A stretch of DNA of 64,000 nucleotides from positions 11,332,643-11,396,642 of the forward strand of contig NC_068987.1 in assembly GCF_001194135.2 (NCBI RefSeq). Reading direction: 5' to 3'. This stretch comes from Octopus bimaculoides. Lineage: Eukaryota. The notes under the pieces are model-generated. The model searched no databases and was not told the origin of the DNA. It saw only the letters and a list, made by a program, of their open reading frames with translations. Shown here one piece after another: positions 51,814 to 62,994 of the stretch (positions within the stretch are counted from its first letter, which is position 1; every line of letters starts with the position of its first letter). The position numbers and the translations under genes are program-made.

Positions 51814-52145
51814 TCACATGTGAAGGCGCATGGCTCAGTGGTTAGAACGTCGAGCTTACGATTGTGAGGTTGTGAGTTCAAATCCAGACTGGGCTACGTG
51901 TTGTGTTCTTGAACAAGACCCTCTATTTCATGTTGGTCCAATTCACTCAGCTGTAGAAATGAGTTGCGACGCCACAGGTGCCAAGCTGTATCAGCCCTTG
52001 CCTTTCCCTTGTGGCATGGAGAGAGGAGGCTGGTATGCATGGGCGACTGCTGGCCTTCTACAAACAACCTTGCCCGGACTTGTGCCCAGAAGGGTAACTT
52101 TCTAGGTGCAATCCCATGGTCAGTCATGACCGAAGGGAATCTCAG
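51570..52145 (+). mobile_element. SINE B/G 5' half (about 51570-51750) followed by a full-length SINE C variant (51823-52145)
   Basis: GGCGCATGGCTCAGTGGTTAGAACG...GAGTTCAAATCC head, TTGTGTTCTTGAACAAGAC domain, and a 3' body distinct from the 25277 copy. Confidence 0.8.
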
Positions 52146-52165
52146 CATCAACTCCCATACATATA

Positions 52166-52212
52166 TAGGGTGGGCCAAAAGTCGGGCACCAAAACATTTG
52201 ACATTTTATTAC

Positions 52213-52245
<33 letters not shown>

Positions 52246-52387
52246 CGTTTTATTCATCACATATGAGTACATGTGTATTCACCATCATTTTATTTATTTT
52301 ATTCAATTTTAAAAAAATTAAAGCAGGTCTTTGACAATTCTAGAGTGTATTGAACTTATTTTGTGCGTGACTTTTGGCCCACCCTGA
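52166..52387. mobile_element. Tc1/mariner-type MITE
   Basis: TIRs AGGGTGGGCCAAAAGTC / GACTTTTGGCCCACCCT. Confidence 0.8.
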
Positions 52388-52389
52388 GT

Positions 52390-52625
52390 GTGTGTTGCTG
52401 TTGCCTGGACTTGACATCGTGTGATAGTTGTAGATAAATGAAGAAGTGTTGTCCTTCATATCCAATCTTCTGTGAAAAAACATGTCTGGTCATGGGGAAA
52501 TATTACCTTGCTTGGAAACAAACAGGTGAGGGCTGGCGATACAAAGCGCTTCTAGCTACAGGAAATCCACCTCAACAGATATCCATCTGACCCATGCAAA
52601 CATGGAGAAGTGGATGTTGAAAAAT
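52390..52625 (+). mobile_element. SINE family G, 3' half
   Basis: CTTGACATCGTGTGATAGTTGTA...GGAAACAAACAGGTGAGGG...CCCATGCAAACATGGAGAAGTGGATG. Confidence 0.75.
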
Positions 52626-53011
52626 CGATGCTGAATTTAAAATTATAAAACACAGGCTTGTAAAACTTAGCAGAGGCAGCTTTTAATTATCCGCCCACTT
52701 TTGCATCATCGTATCGCTTCTACGCTAGTAATTGCGATTTTGTGTGATTTAATCATAACTGTATGGCGAGTGTTTCTTTTAAAGTACAGAACCAAAACAA
52801 AGAAGAGAAAAATGAAGTTGATGCTTGCAACTGTGTTGGATTTCAAAACCATTTCTCAAATCTCTTTGTTTGCTGTGTAACTTTACTACAAAGACTAAAC
52901 TTGTGTTAATTTGATTAACTTTTCAGATGTTATATAATAAGAAGTTATTGATGTCATCAATAACTACTCGGAGCATGTTATCTGTAGTTTTGTCTGCAAG
53001 AATGTATAGTA

Positions 53012-53046
<35 letters not shown>

Positions 53047-54029
53047 AATGATGATGATTATGATGATTCTTCAGAGAAATTCTGCGTTCATTTCAACATT
53101 ATCAATTTGCCTGCTCGAAGAGGTAGGGGTGTTGCATCTTATAATAATGATGATGATGGTGATGATGATATTGATGATAAGGATATTGATAATAATGATG
53201 ATGATAATAATAATAATAAGGATAATAATAATGATAATAACTTTTAAACTGCTGAGCAAAATAATGTGTCGGATGAGAGTTTTGGTGTGATTCAAAGTGA
53301 GGCACAAGATATATGCACAAACACATGCATGCACACACACCCATGCACAAACACACACACACTCATGCACATGCGTGTGTTTGTTTTTTTCTCTCCCCCT
53401 CCTGTTGGAAATTCCCATTGTGGCCGTTTGTAAAGAGTGCCATTGTAATGTTAGGTAGTTATCGACGATAAGTATATTAAGCTTGTGATTGGTAATTAAA
53501 TGAGTGTCTAATAAATTGGTTGAATGCGACTCGACTATAGTGTCCGTTTATGCTTCTGAATGGAGAAAAGCTTCATTGCATTCCTGTCTTTTTAAAAAGT
53601 GGCAGAGGAGAGAGAGAGAGAGAGAGAAAGAGAGAGGAAGATACACACATAAGAAGGCTTGCTTAACAGTTGTTGCTTCAGCAATTGGCATTTTTCTACC
53701 TCTGGTGGCTTGTCTTGAAATGTGAAATGACTCATTCCTTATCTTCTGCAAATTTCAGTTTGAACTTAGCTTCTCCATTCAAAGACAATCTCATCTAATA
53801 TCTTCTCTGAACCATACATTTATTTCATTTTATTATATATTTTATTTTCGCTTTTTATTTATCTAATTTTATTCTCTTTCTGATTCATCCATTAGGCTAG
53901 ATGCAATTTTATCCAAGTTTCTGACAATCGTTATGTTTTCTCACAAATAGTATATTTTTCTATATTGCCACACATATCTCAAAAACAGGGTGTTTGCTCT
54001 AGATGTTATCACTTATTATTATCATTATT

Positions 54030-54565
54030 TCTTGTTCGAATTCCGCCAAGGTCAGCTTAGCCTTTCTACGTTTCAGGATCAATAAAATAAGTTCCAGTTC
54101 AACACCAGGGTCAACATAATCGATTTAGCCCCTCCTTAAAATTGCTGGCCTTGTGCTTATAATCTGTAACTATTATTGTTTCTTGGGTCTAGACGTGGCT
54201 TTGTGGTTAAATAGCTTGCTTCTTAACTATTTGGCTCTGGGTTCAGTTCTGTATGGCACCTCGAGCATCTTGGGAGTAGATTTGATAAACAGAAAGTGGA
54301 AGTTGCCCTTCATGTATATAAGTGTGTACGGGTTGGTGTGCCCTTGTCTTAGCATCTCGTGATTGTTGTAAAGGAGTGTCACTGTCATACAAGCAGTGTC
54401 CTTCATTTCTGTGAAAACATGTCTAGCAATGGAGAAATATTACCTTAGCTGCAAATAGGCGTGCTTTGGCAACAGGAAGGACATCTAGCCATAGAAAATC
54501 TGCCCCTACTAATTCTGCCCAACCCATGCAAGCATGGAAAAGCGGCTATTAAAACGATGATGGTG
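54030..54565 (+). mobile_element. SINE A 3' part followed by SINE G
   Basis: A tail TTGCTGGCCTTGTG at about 54140; G head at about 54190; RTE-like tail GCATGGAAAAGCGGCTATTAAAACGATGATG. Confidence 0.75.
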
Positions 54566-54663
54566 TGTGCGAATTATTAGACTTGCTAATCAGAATATCC
54601 CAATACTGACCCTTAGTGGTGTTTGTTCTGGTCTTGTTACTGACATTGTATTGTGCTTTTATA

Positions 54664-54902
54664 TACAGGGTTGGCCAAAAGTCACCTGGCAGTAAATCAA
54701 AACCCATTTAATTCCCAAGATTTATTCATGTTTAGCAACTGAATGAATTTAATAAAAACGTCTAAATATGAAACATCGTGAAAATTGTTCAAACTGAAGT
54801 CCTCTTTGAGCAACACATTTTTCCATTCGAGTCAATACAGAATTACAGATAGTATTTATGGAATTTTGATTTACTGTCTGGTGACTTTTGGCCAACCCTG
54901 TA
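54664..54902 (-). mobile_element. Tc1/mariner MITE with perfect TIRs, TA TSD and a transposase C-terminal relic
   Basis: TA-CAGGGTTGGCCAAAAGTCACC / GGTGACTTTTGGCCAACCCTG-TA. The minus strand reads INTICNSVLTRMEKCVAQRGLQFEQF, like the ...RL..C....G..FE.. C-terminus of mariner-family transposases. Confidence 0.88.
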
Positions 54903-54907
54903 TATAC

Positions 54908-55073
54908 TTTCAAATTTTGACACAAGGCCAGCAATTCTGGGATAGGGGTGTGAGTCAATTACATCAACCTCAGTCTTCAACTGGTACCTATTTTATCAGA
55001 ACGTAAAGATGGATGAAATGCCGCTAAGCATTTTGGTCCGTTGTGCTAACGGTTCTACCAGCTTGCCACCTTC
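54908..55073 (-). mobile_element. SINE family A
   Basis: TTTCAAATTTTGACACAAGGCCAGCAA...GGTTCTACCAGCTTGCCACC. Confidence 0.8.
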
Positions 55074-55594
55074 ATGCCTTTATACATATTGTCATCATCA
55101 TAATGCCTTATACTGTGTTATGTGCCAAGTATTTTGGCACCGTACTCACTGACTGTCTGATGTTTCTCTGTGCATTCCTTTCTATCATAAGTTTGTTCAT
55201 CTTTGTTCTGATCAACAATCGAGGATCTTTTGTCAACAGTCATCATGACTGGCGGTTAATGATAGAACTAACTGATTGATATGCTCTGTATCATTGTCTT
55301 ATAAATATGTCTTCTGATACTTATCTCGGTTCCCGGCACTCAACATTCTTCACCATGATTCTGTCTGAGAGGTTGAAAGATCTGGTACCACTTCCTCAAG
55401 CCAAACACCCAAATTACTGGAAGGAAGGAAGGAAACTGTCTTATTGTTCCATTCTCCATTGTATTTCAATTGTCTTTCATTGTTTAGTGTTTCAAGACAT
55501 CTTGTTTCTGTCTCACTTTTGGATTGACAATTGAATTCTTCATTTCCTGGCTGAAACATTGGTATGAAGGACACTATCTTGTTATTAAGACTCC

Positions 55595-56430
55595 CCATCA
55601 TCTTTGTTTTAGCATCTGCTTTTTTATGCTGGCATGGGTTGGACAGAATTAGTTGAGACGGATTTTTTTCCATGGCTGATACTCTTCCTGTTGCCAACCC
55701 TTATAAGGGGGATATTTCCCCAACCCCAGACAAGTTTCCATGGAAGATTAGAAATGAAAGGCACCACTAAACATGGCGGTGGCACTCATTCACTTACAGT
55801 TGTCATGTGATGTTGAGAGGCAAGGAGACAACGATCCACAAAACCTGCCCTGTTTTTGAGACATGTGTGGCAAAATATAGTGTTATACTGTTTGTGAGAA
55901 AACATGATTGTCAGAAACTTGGATAAAATTGCATCTAGCCTAATGGATGAATCAGAAAGAGAATAAAATTAAATAAAAACGAAAATAAAATATAATTGCT
56001 GGCTTTGTGCTATAATTTGTAACTATTATTGTTTGAGTCTAGATGTGGCTTTGTGGTTAAATAGCTTGTTTCTTAACTATTTGGCTAATCTTCCATGGAA
56101 ACATATTGGGGGTTGGGGAAATATCCCTTTACTTGGTAACAGGAAGAGTATCGGCCATAGAAAATCTGCCTCAACTAATTCCGTCCAACCCATGCAAGCA
56201 TCAAAAATTAGATGCTAAAACAAAGATGATTCTTGAGTCTTAATAATAACATAGTGTTCTTCATACATATGTGACAGGCTTCTTTCTGTTTTTGTCTACC
56301 AAATCCACTCACAAGGTTTTGGTTAGCCCAAGGCAGTAGTAGAAGACACTTGGTCCAAACTGCCACATAATGGGACTGAACTTAAAGCCATATGATTGAG
56401 AAACAAACTTCATACCACACAGCCATACCA
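55595..56430. mobile_element. SINE G pieces at 55595-55835 (-) and 56035-56225 (+), plus a B/G 5' half at 56270-56430 (-)
   Basis: G and B motifs on both strands. Confidence 0.7.
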
Positions 56431-57580
56431 GTTCTAAAATTCATACAAATATCCCATAATTTGTCAAAGCAACGAAAAGGATCAGGAATACAGAGGAGTC
56501 TTAAAAGTACATAATCAACATGATGGATAGTCTCGGGGTAAAGTGGTCAAATGATTTGACCCTTAAAACTTGGCTGAAGGCATTGTTTGGTGTTTTTGTT
56601 TAAAATATTTAATTCTTCATCACTTCAGTTCTATCTAGCCGAAGGAAAGGTATCAGGTTTTCTGTGAGGAAACATTTATTTTCTGTCTAAGACCAGATTC
56701 AACTTTCATTGTCTACTTGATTCACAGTAACTGCAAAATTAGATTTCATGGTTATTCCAGTAATGACGTTAACCCTTTTGATACCAACCCATCCAAAACT
56801 CACCTTGTTCTATGTCACAAACTTCATGTTTATAAGTGTTCCAAATCAAAACCTCCCAACAAAAATTTCATGTTAATTTATGTTTCAAATACCGTATTGA
56901 CAACAATGAAGTTATTTTATTAAGTTCTTGATGATTTTTAAAATTAATTAAAACAAAACTAGTGTTGTTCAACACAAACATGGTAAAATAAAACCAGTTG
57001 CAAATATCAATAAAAAAGAAATTTTTTTTTTTTTTTTTATGCCTCTGCATAAATTTGAATATAATCTCAACAAAAAAAAAATTATTTTAAACACGACATT
57101 CCTCAACAAAAAATAGATTGGTATATAAATTTCTTTCCATAATTAAGGAAATTTTGAGTAGATATGAGCTGATTTCCACAGTGAAAGAGTTAACGAGCAT
57201 TAATCGCATGGAACCTTTCGTGAAATTATGAGTGAAATTCTCCTATACATTGTAGCTAGAGTTTCTTTTATATTCACCTACCTCCATCTATAACCACATT
57301 TTGTCAATCATATCAAGTCATTTAGTTGATTGATACCTATATGATTTCCAACATAATCCTCATTTTTTTTCTTCTTTTACACCTGTTTTCTAAAAAATAT
57401 GTATTTATTATTTTTTTTTCAATTCTCTTTCGTTTATCAATACTGTCTAGGTCGGTTAACTTAACAAAACGTTACACAATCTAACCTTTGTGTGTAGAAA
57501 TGTCAGAGCCTTTGCATGTCATTACAGACTTTTGTTCAATGTTCTGTAGATCATTGCCTTCAATTCTGACACTGGGGAGA

Positions 57581-57615
<35 letters not shown>

Positions 57616-57780
57616 GTTGTTGTTATTATTATCTAGTTGCACTCGTCTTGTTTCTAAGATTTTAGTTTTTACGTGTAGATTTCCAAAGAAGAAATAAAGA
57701 GATATAAAGGTCTATTTTTGTGTGAGTGTAGGCACATTTGTTTGTTTATAGATATGAAATAAGCAAAAAGAAGGAAGAGA

Positions 57781-57830
<50 letters not shown>

Positions 57831-58395
57831 GCCATGCAATTAGACGTTAGGTGTAACAAGCAAGTTAGTTGCAGAGAAAGTTTCATGAAATATTTTTCTG
57901 ATGGAAACATGATATATCTACAGTGAGTGTTCAGAAAAACTCTGTAATATGAAGACAATAATTGTCACTAGAGACGTGTGCAACAGTGCAGAGTATTTTT
58001 TGCTGCTAGAGAAGGCGGAGAAAAATGCACAAATATGTTGGTTGGTATGTGACAGTGTTAAAGGTGTACCGATGTGATAAGGAGAGGGGTGAGCTTGGCT
58101 CTAATTGTTATTGAGGAGAGCTAGTGTTGTCGATGCGGTGCAATGATGGCAGAAATGTTAAGTCTGTGGATTGAGAAGAAGCATGGGCTGTTGACTCTTT
58201 TTACGCAATCAAGCTATGCTACTTTGTGTGTGATTTGATGAGAAGGCAGTAAATCACACACAAAGATTGAAAGAGGGGGATGCTGTAAAGACGAGGTAAC
58301 TGACTACAAAGACTAACAATAGCTTTGATTTTAAACAGTCGTAGTAGATATGATGTACAGGACCAAACGACAGAAGTTTGTTCTGTAGTAGTCTG

Positions 58396-58899
58396 TTAAC
58401 CCATTACCCTTTAAATTGGCCATATCCAGCCCTGATATTCTTCAAACTGATCAGATCCAGCTTCTCACACCTGCATTACAATGTCATTGTTAAAATAAAG
58501 AACCGCCTCATTGAAATCTCAAAGCTATGAGACAATGCATGAGTAATTCAAAATAATGTGAATATAAGCATTATATTTGGCAGAGTAGTTTGAATTCTAA
58601 AGGGTTGAGCATCTCAGTAGAGCAATAGTTCTGATGTTTTGATGCTGTAACTCTTCAAAATGAGGTGTTCATCATTTAACCCTTTTGTATTCAGCTCACT
58701 CTGTCAAATATTATGTTTATTGACTCACGTTGTTATGAATTAATTGTACATAATTCCATAGCTTGGAGATTTCAGTTATGTGATTGTTAAATTGTAGGAT
58801 GACATTGTATGTTTGGTACAATAAGCTGGATATCTCCAGTTTGAACATAAAACAGGGAGAATATTTGAGCTCAATAGAGCCTTTTTAAATGTTAAAGGG
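58396..58899. mobile_element. Inverted pair of piggyBac-like family E MITEs: 58396-58607 (+) and 58676-58899 (-)
   Basis: TTAACCCATTACCCTTTAAATTGGCC...GAATTCTAAAGGGTTGA, then TTAACCCTTTTGTATTCAG...AAATGTTAAAGGGA. Confidence 0.8.
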
Positions 58900-59054
58900 A
58901 CAAAACGGCTTTCTGTTCTCTTTTGTCTTTATTCAAGCAACATTTTGTACTGTGGTATTTTTTTCATTTGCTCCATTTTTCTTTTTGCATAAATTGTTGC
59001 CCCTTTAAAACTTAACCCACAACGACCTTGATTTTTAATCATTTAATAGATGCA

Positions 59055-59243
59055 AGTTGGGATGTGTGGTTAAGAAGTTTGCTTCTTAACCACATGATTA
59101 CAGGTTCAGTCCCACTGTATGGCATCTTGGGCAAGTGTCTTCTGTAGCCCCAGTCCAGCTAAATTCTTTTGAATGGATTGGGTTGACAAAAAATAAAAAA
59201 CAAACTGAAAGAAACCTGTTGTGTATATGTGTGTGTGTGCGTG

Positions 59244-59245
<2 letters not shown>
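59055..59245 (+). mobile_element. SINE B/G 5' half
   Basis: TGTGTGGTTAAGAAGTTTGCTT...GGCATCTTGGGCAAGTGTCTTCT. Confidence 0.75.
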
Positions 59246-59271
<26 letters not shown>

Positions 59272-59277
<6 letters not shown>

Positions 59278-59634
59278 TCCGCCTTCACTAAGGCGGAGGT
59301 ATTGTTTTCAGTTGTGGTTGTTTGTTTGTTTGTCCATGGACAAGATATCTCAAGAATTGCTGGATAGATTTGGATGAAACTTTCAGAGATGTTTGGCCTC
59401 GTGACTAGCACAAAGTAATTAAATTTTGGATTGATCCGGTACCGGACAAGGATTCTGGATAATTTTTGTCTTTTTTTACTTAATTTTTGAGAATAGTCGG
59501 GTTCATTTTTAGTATTTGTGAGAGCAGTTGAGCTTATTTCAGATATTCTCAGTTTAAAAATCATCTCCGGCAAATCGTCAAGAAGACGTTGGTGTTACCT
59601 TGGCGGAAGTTTGTGCTCTCTGAGTGTTCTTGTT
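59272..59634 (+). mobile_element. Helentron-associated non-autonomous element (HINE / DINE-1-like architecture)
   Basis: 5' stem-loop ACCTCCGCC-TTCACTAA-GGCGGAGGT, (GTTT)n microsatellite, 3' subTIR GGCGGAAGT, 3' small hairpin TGCTCTCTGAGTG, and T-rich flanks without a TSD. Confidence 0.75.
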
Positions 59635-59649
59635 ATTATTAATATTTAG

Positions 59650-59815
59650 ATGGCAAACTGGCAAAATCATTAGCATGCCAGACAAAATGTTTAGCTGCAT
59701 TTCATCCATCTTTTCAGGATCAATAAAAATAAGTACCAGTCGAGCACTGGGGTCAGTGTTATCAACCAGATCCTTTCCCAGAAATTTCAGGTCTTGTGCC
59801 TATAATAGAAAGGAT
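59650..59815 (+). mobile_element. SINE family A (internally deleted)
   Basis: GGCAAACTGGCAAAATCATTAGC head; GATCAATAAAAATAAGTACCAG. Confidence 0.75.
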
Positions 59816-60376
59816 TGTTATTACTATTATTTTCTATGTATTCTAATATAGAAATATTTTCTGTTATTACCTGTAGCTTCAGCTTGGTATTAACGTTTCC
59901 ATTCTTCACTTGGATTAGGATTGGGATTTGTTTTTCCTGTTGTGCTTTTCAGTCAACAGTGTGAAATCACCTGATATATATGTATGATCTTTTTCAAAAC
60001 CTTTGAATACTTAAATGACACATGTTTTCCTTACACAACAAAAAAACTACCTTATTTCTTGTTGTTCAGGCCCTAAAATAAAACATGGTTATTTCGAATA
60101 GCCATTTTTTACACAATTCTTGTAGACTTAACATCTTTCGTTGTTACAACCCTAGGGCATAACACTTTATGCATACATACATACATACATAGTGCTTCCA
60201 CACACATACATACACAGAGACATATATGAAGGATATCACATAAATGTGGATTAATATAATAGAACACATGAATTCATTTTATATATCTGTATATTCATTT
60301 ACATAGAACATATAGATGTATATTATACACCCTTGCAAACATGAAAAGTGGGTGTTAAATGCTACTGAGATATATA

Positions 60377-60409
<33 letters not shown>

Positions 60410-62414
60410 ATATATGCACTCACACATATGAATTAATGTAGTTATACACAATGTTTTTTTTTCTACTATTTATCTCACTCATTTCTATAATAAATTTACT
60501 ATGAAGCTAATATTTCGACCAAAAACGGTCTATTCATATCACTTTAAAACAACTGGCCTTCAGATATTCTTTGGGCTTCACCAAGTTGCTCACATGGCCA
60601 TTTTAGTGTTCTTCATTTGGCAAATTTTTTTACAAGATATTTGCTTGCAAATACAATGTTAGTAGCATACAACCTTCTTTTCCAGCAGAGAGGAAAAAAT
60701 CTCATCAAAATCTTCCATCTGCTTGTATGTTGAATAGCAGTAGTAATTTTTTTTCCTTTCTCATTCGTCTTTCCCTCATGGCACTTCATTTGGTTAAATA
60801 AATACTTGTACGTATTTGAAATAGAGCAGCTTCTAAAAGTAGTATTTATGCAAGATAAATGAACTAATAAAGCTTATACAGAGTGGTTTTGTATCAATTT
60901 ACTTCACTCTCTTTCTGTAATAAATTGTCTTTATAGTTGATATTTCGACATTAAAATACCCTAGTCATAGCACAGTGAAATTCATGGACTTTGGATGTTC
61001 TTTATCATTATTTATCTTATATAAACAGTATTTCTTGTAGATGTTCCAACCATTTTAACTAGATTAAACCACCCTTATAAACAAAGAGCCATGAAAATGA
61101 AAAGAATAGTTGGAGAGGGACAAACTCACTACTGCTATTCAACATTGAAACAATAAGGAGGTTTAAAGCAAGACTCTCTCTTTCTCTCTCTCTCCAACCA
61201 AAAGTAAAGTTGCTTGCTACTAACACCATCTTCTGATTTATAGAACTATAGATCCGCTACCTGGAAGCTCTTCTCCAAGATGCAAGCCTGGGCATGGCTC
61301 TTGGTGTATATGTCATATTTTTGTGTATGTGTGCAATTGTTTGTTTTCATGCATCTTCATATCAGTGCCATTCAAGCGACAGTGTATTTGTTTGCATGTT
61401 TCATGAACAATCTGTCCCATAACTCGGTGATTTTGTAAGCATCTAACAATATAACACTGGCTCCAATGTATGAGGTCCAATCCATGCCAGCATGGAACAA
61501 AGTGGATATAAACTCGATGATTACACACACGCGCAGAGACACACACTAATGTAACACATATAGGGAAATCGGATGGCCTTTACAGTGTAAAAAAAAAATC
61601 ATGCTATAAGTATCAAATTAACTGAAACCTTCCATCTCCATGCACGACAAGCCAGCTGAACATTCTGCACATGGGCAGCAAGACAACGTCACAAATGCTA
61701 ATCGTCTCAGCAGCTGCTAGCAATAAGTTGTTTTTGTTTTTTGTTTTTTTTACAAAGCAAGAGACTCCTATTCCCTACACATTGGGATGGTGCATGCACT
61801 ACACATTCCAGAATGCAACCAAGAAAAACGCCATCTGCTTGAGAGGTTGGCCTCTCATTCGCCAGCTGTCACCTAAGACCACTATATCATCATTATTGTG
61901 CCTTGTTTTTTCGCTGTCCCCTTTACCACTACTAATGAATGAATCAGTGTTATGCTGTGTGTGAGTCAGGGGCTGGCTGCCTTGTAAAACTCAACACTTC
62001 TTTCAGTGAACAGAATTTCCTTAAATCTTTTCTTCTTTTTATTATTACTATATTTTTCTCTTAGCAGTTTTTTTCCCTCTCCTCTGAAATTTAAACTTAA
62101 CTCCTGTGAATGGTTTTTAGCTGTAGAAATATTGAGGTGCATAGAGTATTTATTTATATTTAGGCCATTGTACTGTTATTAAATCCATGCTGTGGTGTGA
62201 AAGTATTATGAGCATAGAGTGGGAGTTCATTCATCTAAGTTCAGTGATATTTGTCATTTCTAGATGGAAATGACAAATATTACAGCCACCTAAATATAGG
62301 CATCAACCGACAGTAAGGATTTAATGATGTGCTTAATAAATTAATAATATTAATAAAGTTGTCTGTGTGTGTGTGAGTAGATTTGTACATATATATATAT
62401 ATATACATATGTAT

Positions 62415-62622
62415 ATCTTTCATCTGTTACAGTCAATAGACTGTGGCCATGCTGGGGCATTGCCTTGAAGGGTTTCAGTTGAACAAATTGACCTCCAGTC
62501 TTTTTTTTTTTTTTTTAATCTAACATTTAATCTGGCAGTCTCTTTTGCTGGATCACTAAGTTGTGGGGATGTAAACACACCAACACTGGTTGGGGGATAA
62601 ACACAAAAACATGCATATATGT

Positions 62623-62656
<34 letters not shown>

Positions 62657-62770
62657 CAGACTTCTTTCAGTTCCGTCTACCAAATCCACTTGCAAGGCTT
62701 TGATTGGCCCAAGGCTTTAGTAGAAGACACTTGCTGAAGGTGCCACACATTGGGACTGAACCCAGATGTG
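62415..62770 (-). mobile_element. SINE family B
   Basis: GACTGTGGCCATGCTGGGGCA...TTTCAGTTCCGTCTACCAAATCCAC...GGGACTGAACCC. Confidence 0.85.
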
Positions 62771-62994
62771 GTCAGTGTCACTTATTTGGGGCTTACTACA
62801 CTTCTAGGCAGGTTGGGTGACCACATCTTGCTCGTTCATTCTATTTTGACATAGTTTCTGTAAATGGGTGCTCTTCCTTACACTAAACAGGGTGTTGAGA
62901 ATGCATCATATTGTATACCAAGCACTTCAGATGTTGTCATGTCTGCAACTGGTTAACACTAAAGGATTCTCTCCTTTCATTGATATACAAAATT

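Noticed and set aside
52927-53247. ORF MLYNKKLL...NNNNDDD beginning right after TTTTCAG
   Set aside because: Most of it is (AAT)/(GAT) microsatellite, so coding potential is unsupported.
55350-55697. 115-aa minus-strand ORF
   Set aside because: It starts inside a SINE G copy and the remainder has no recognisable motif.
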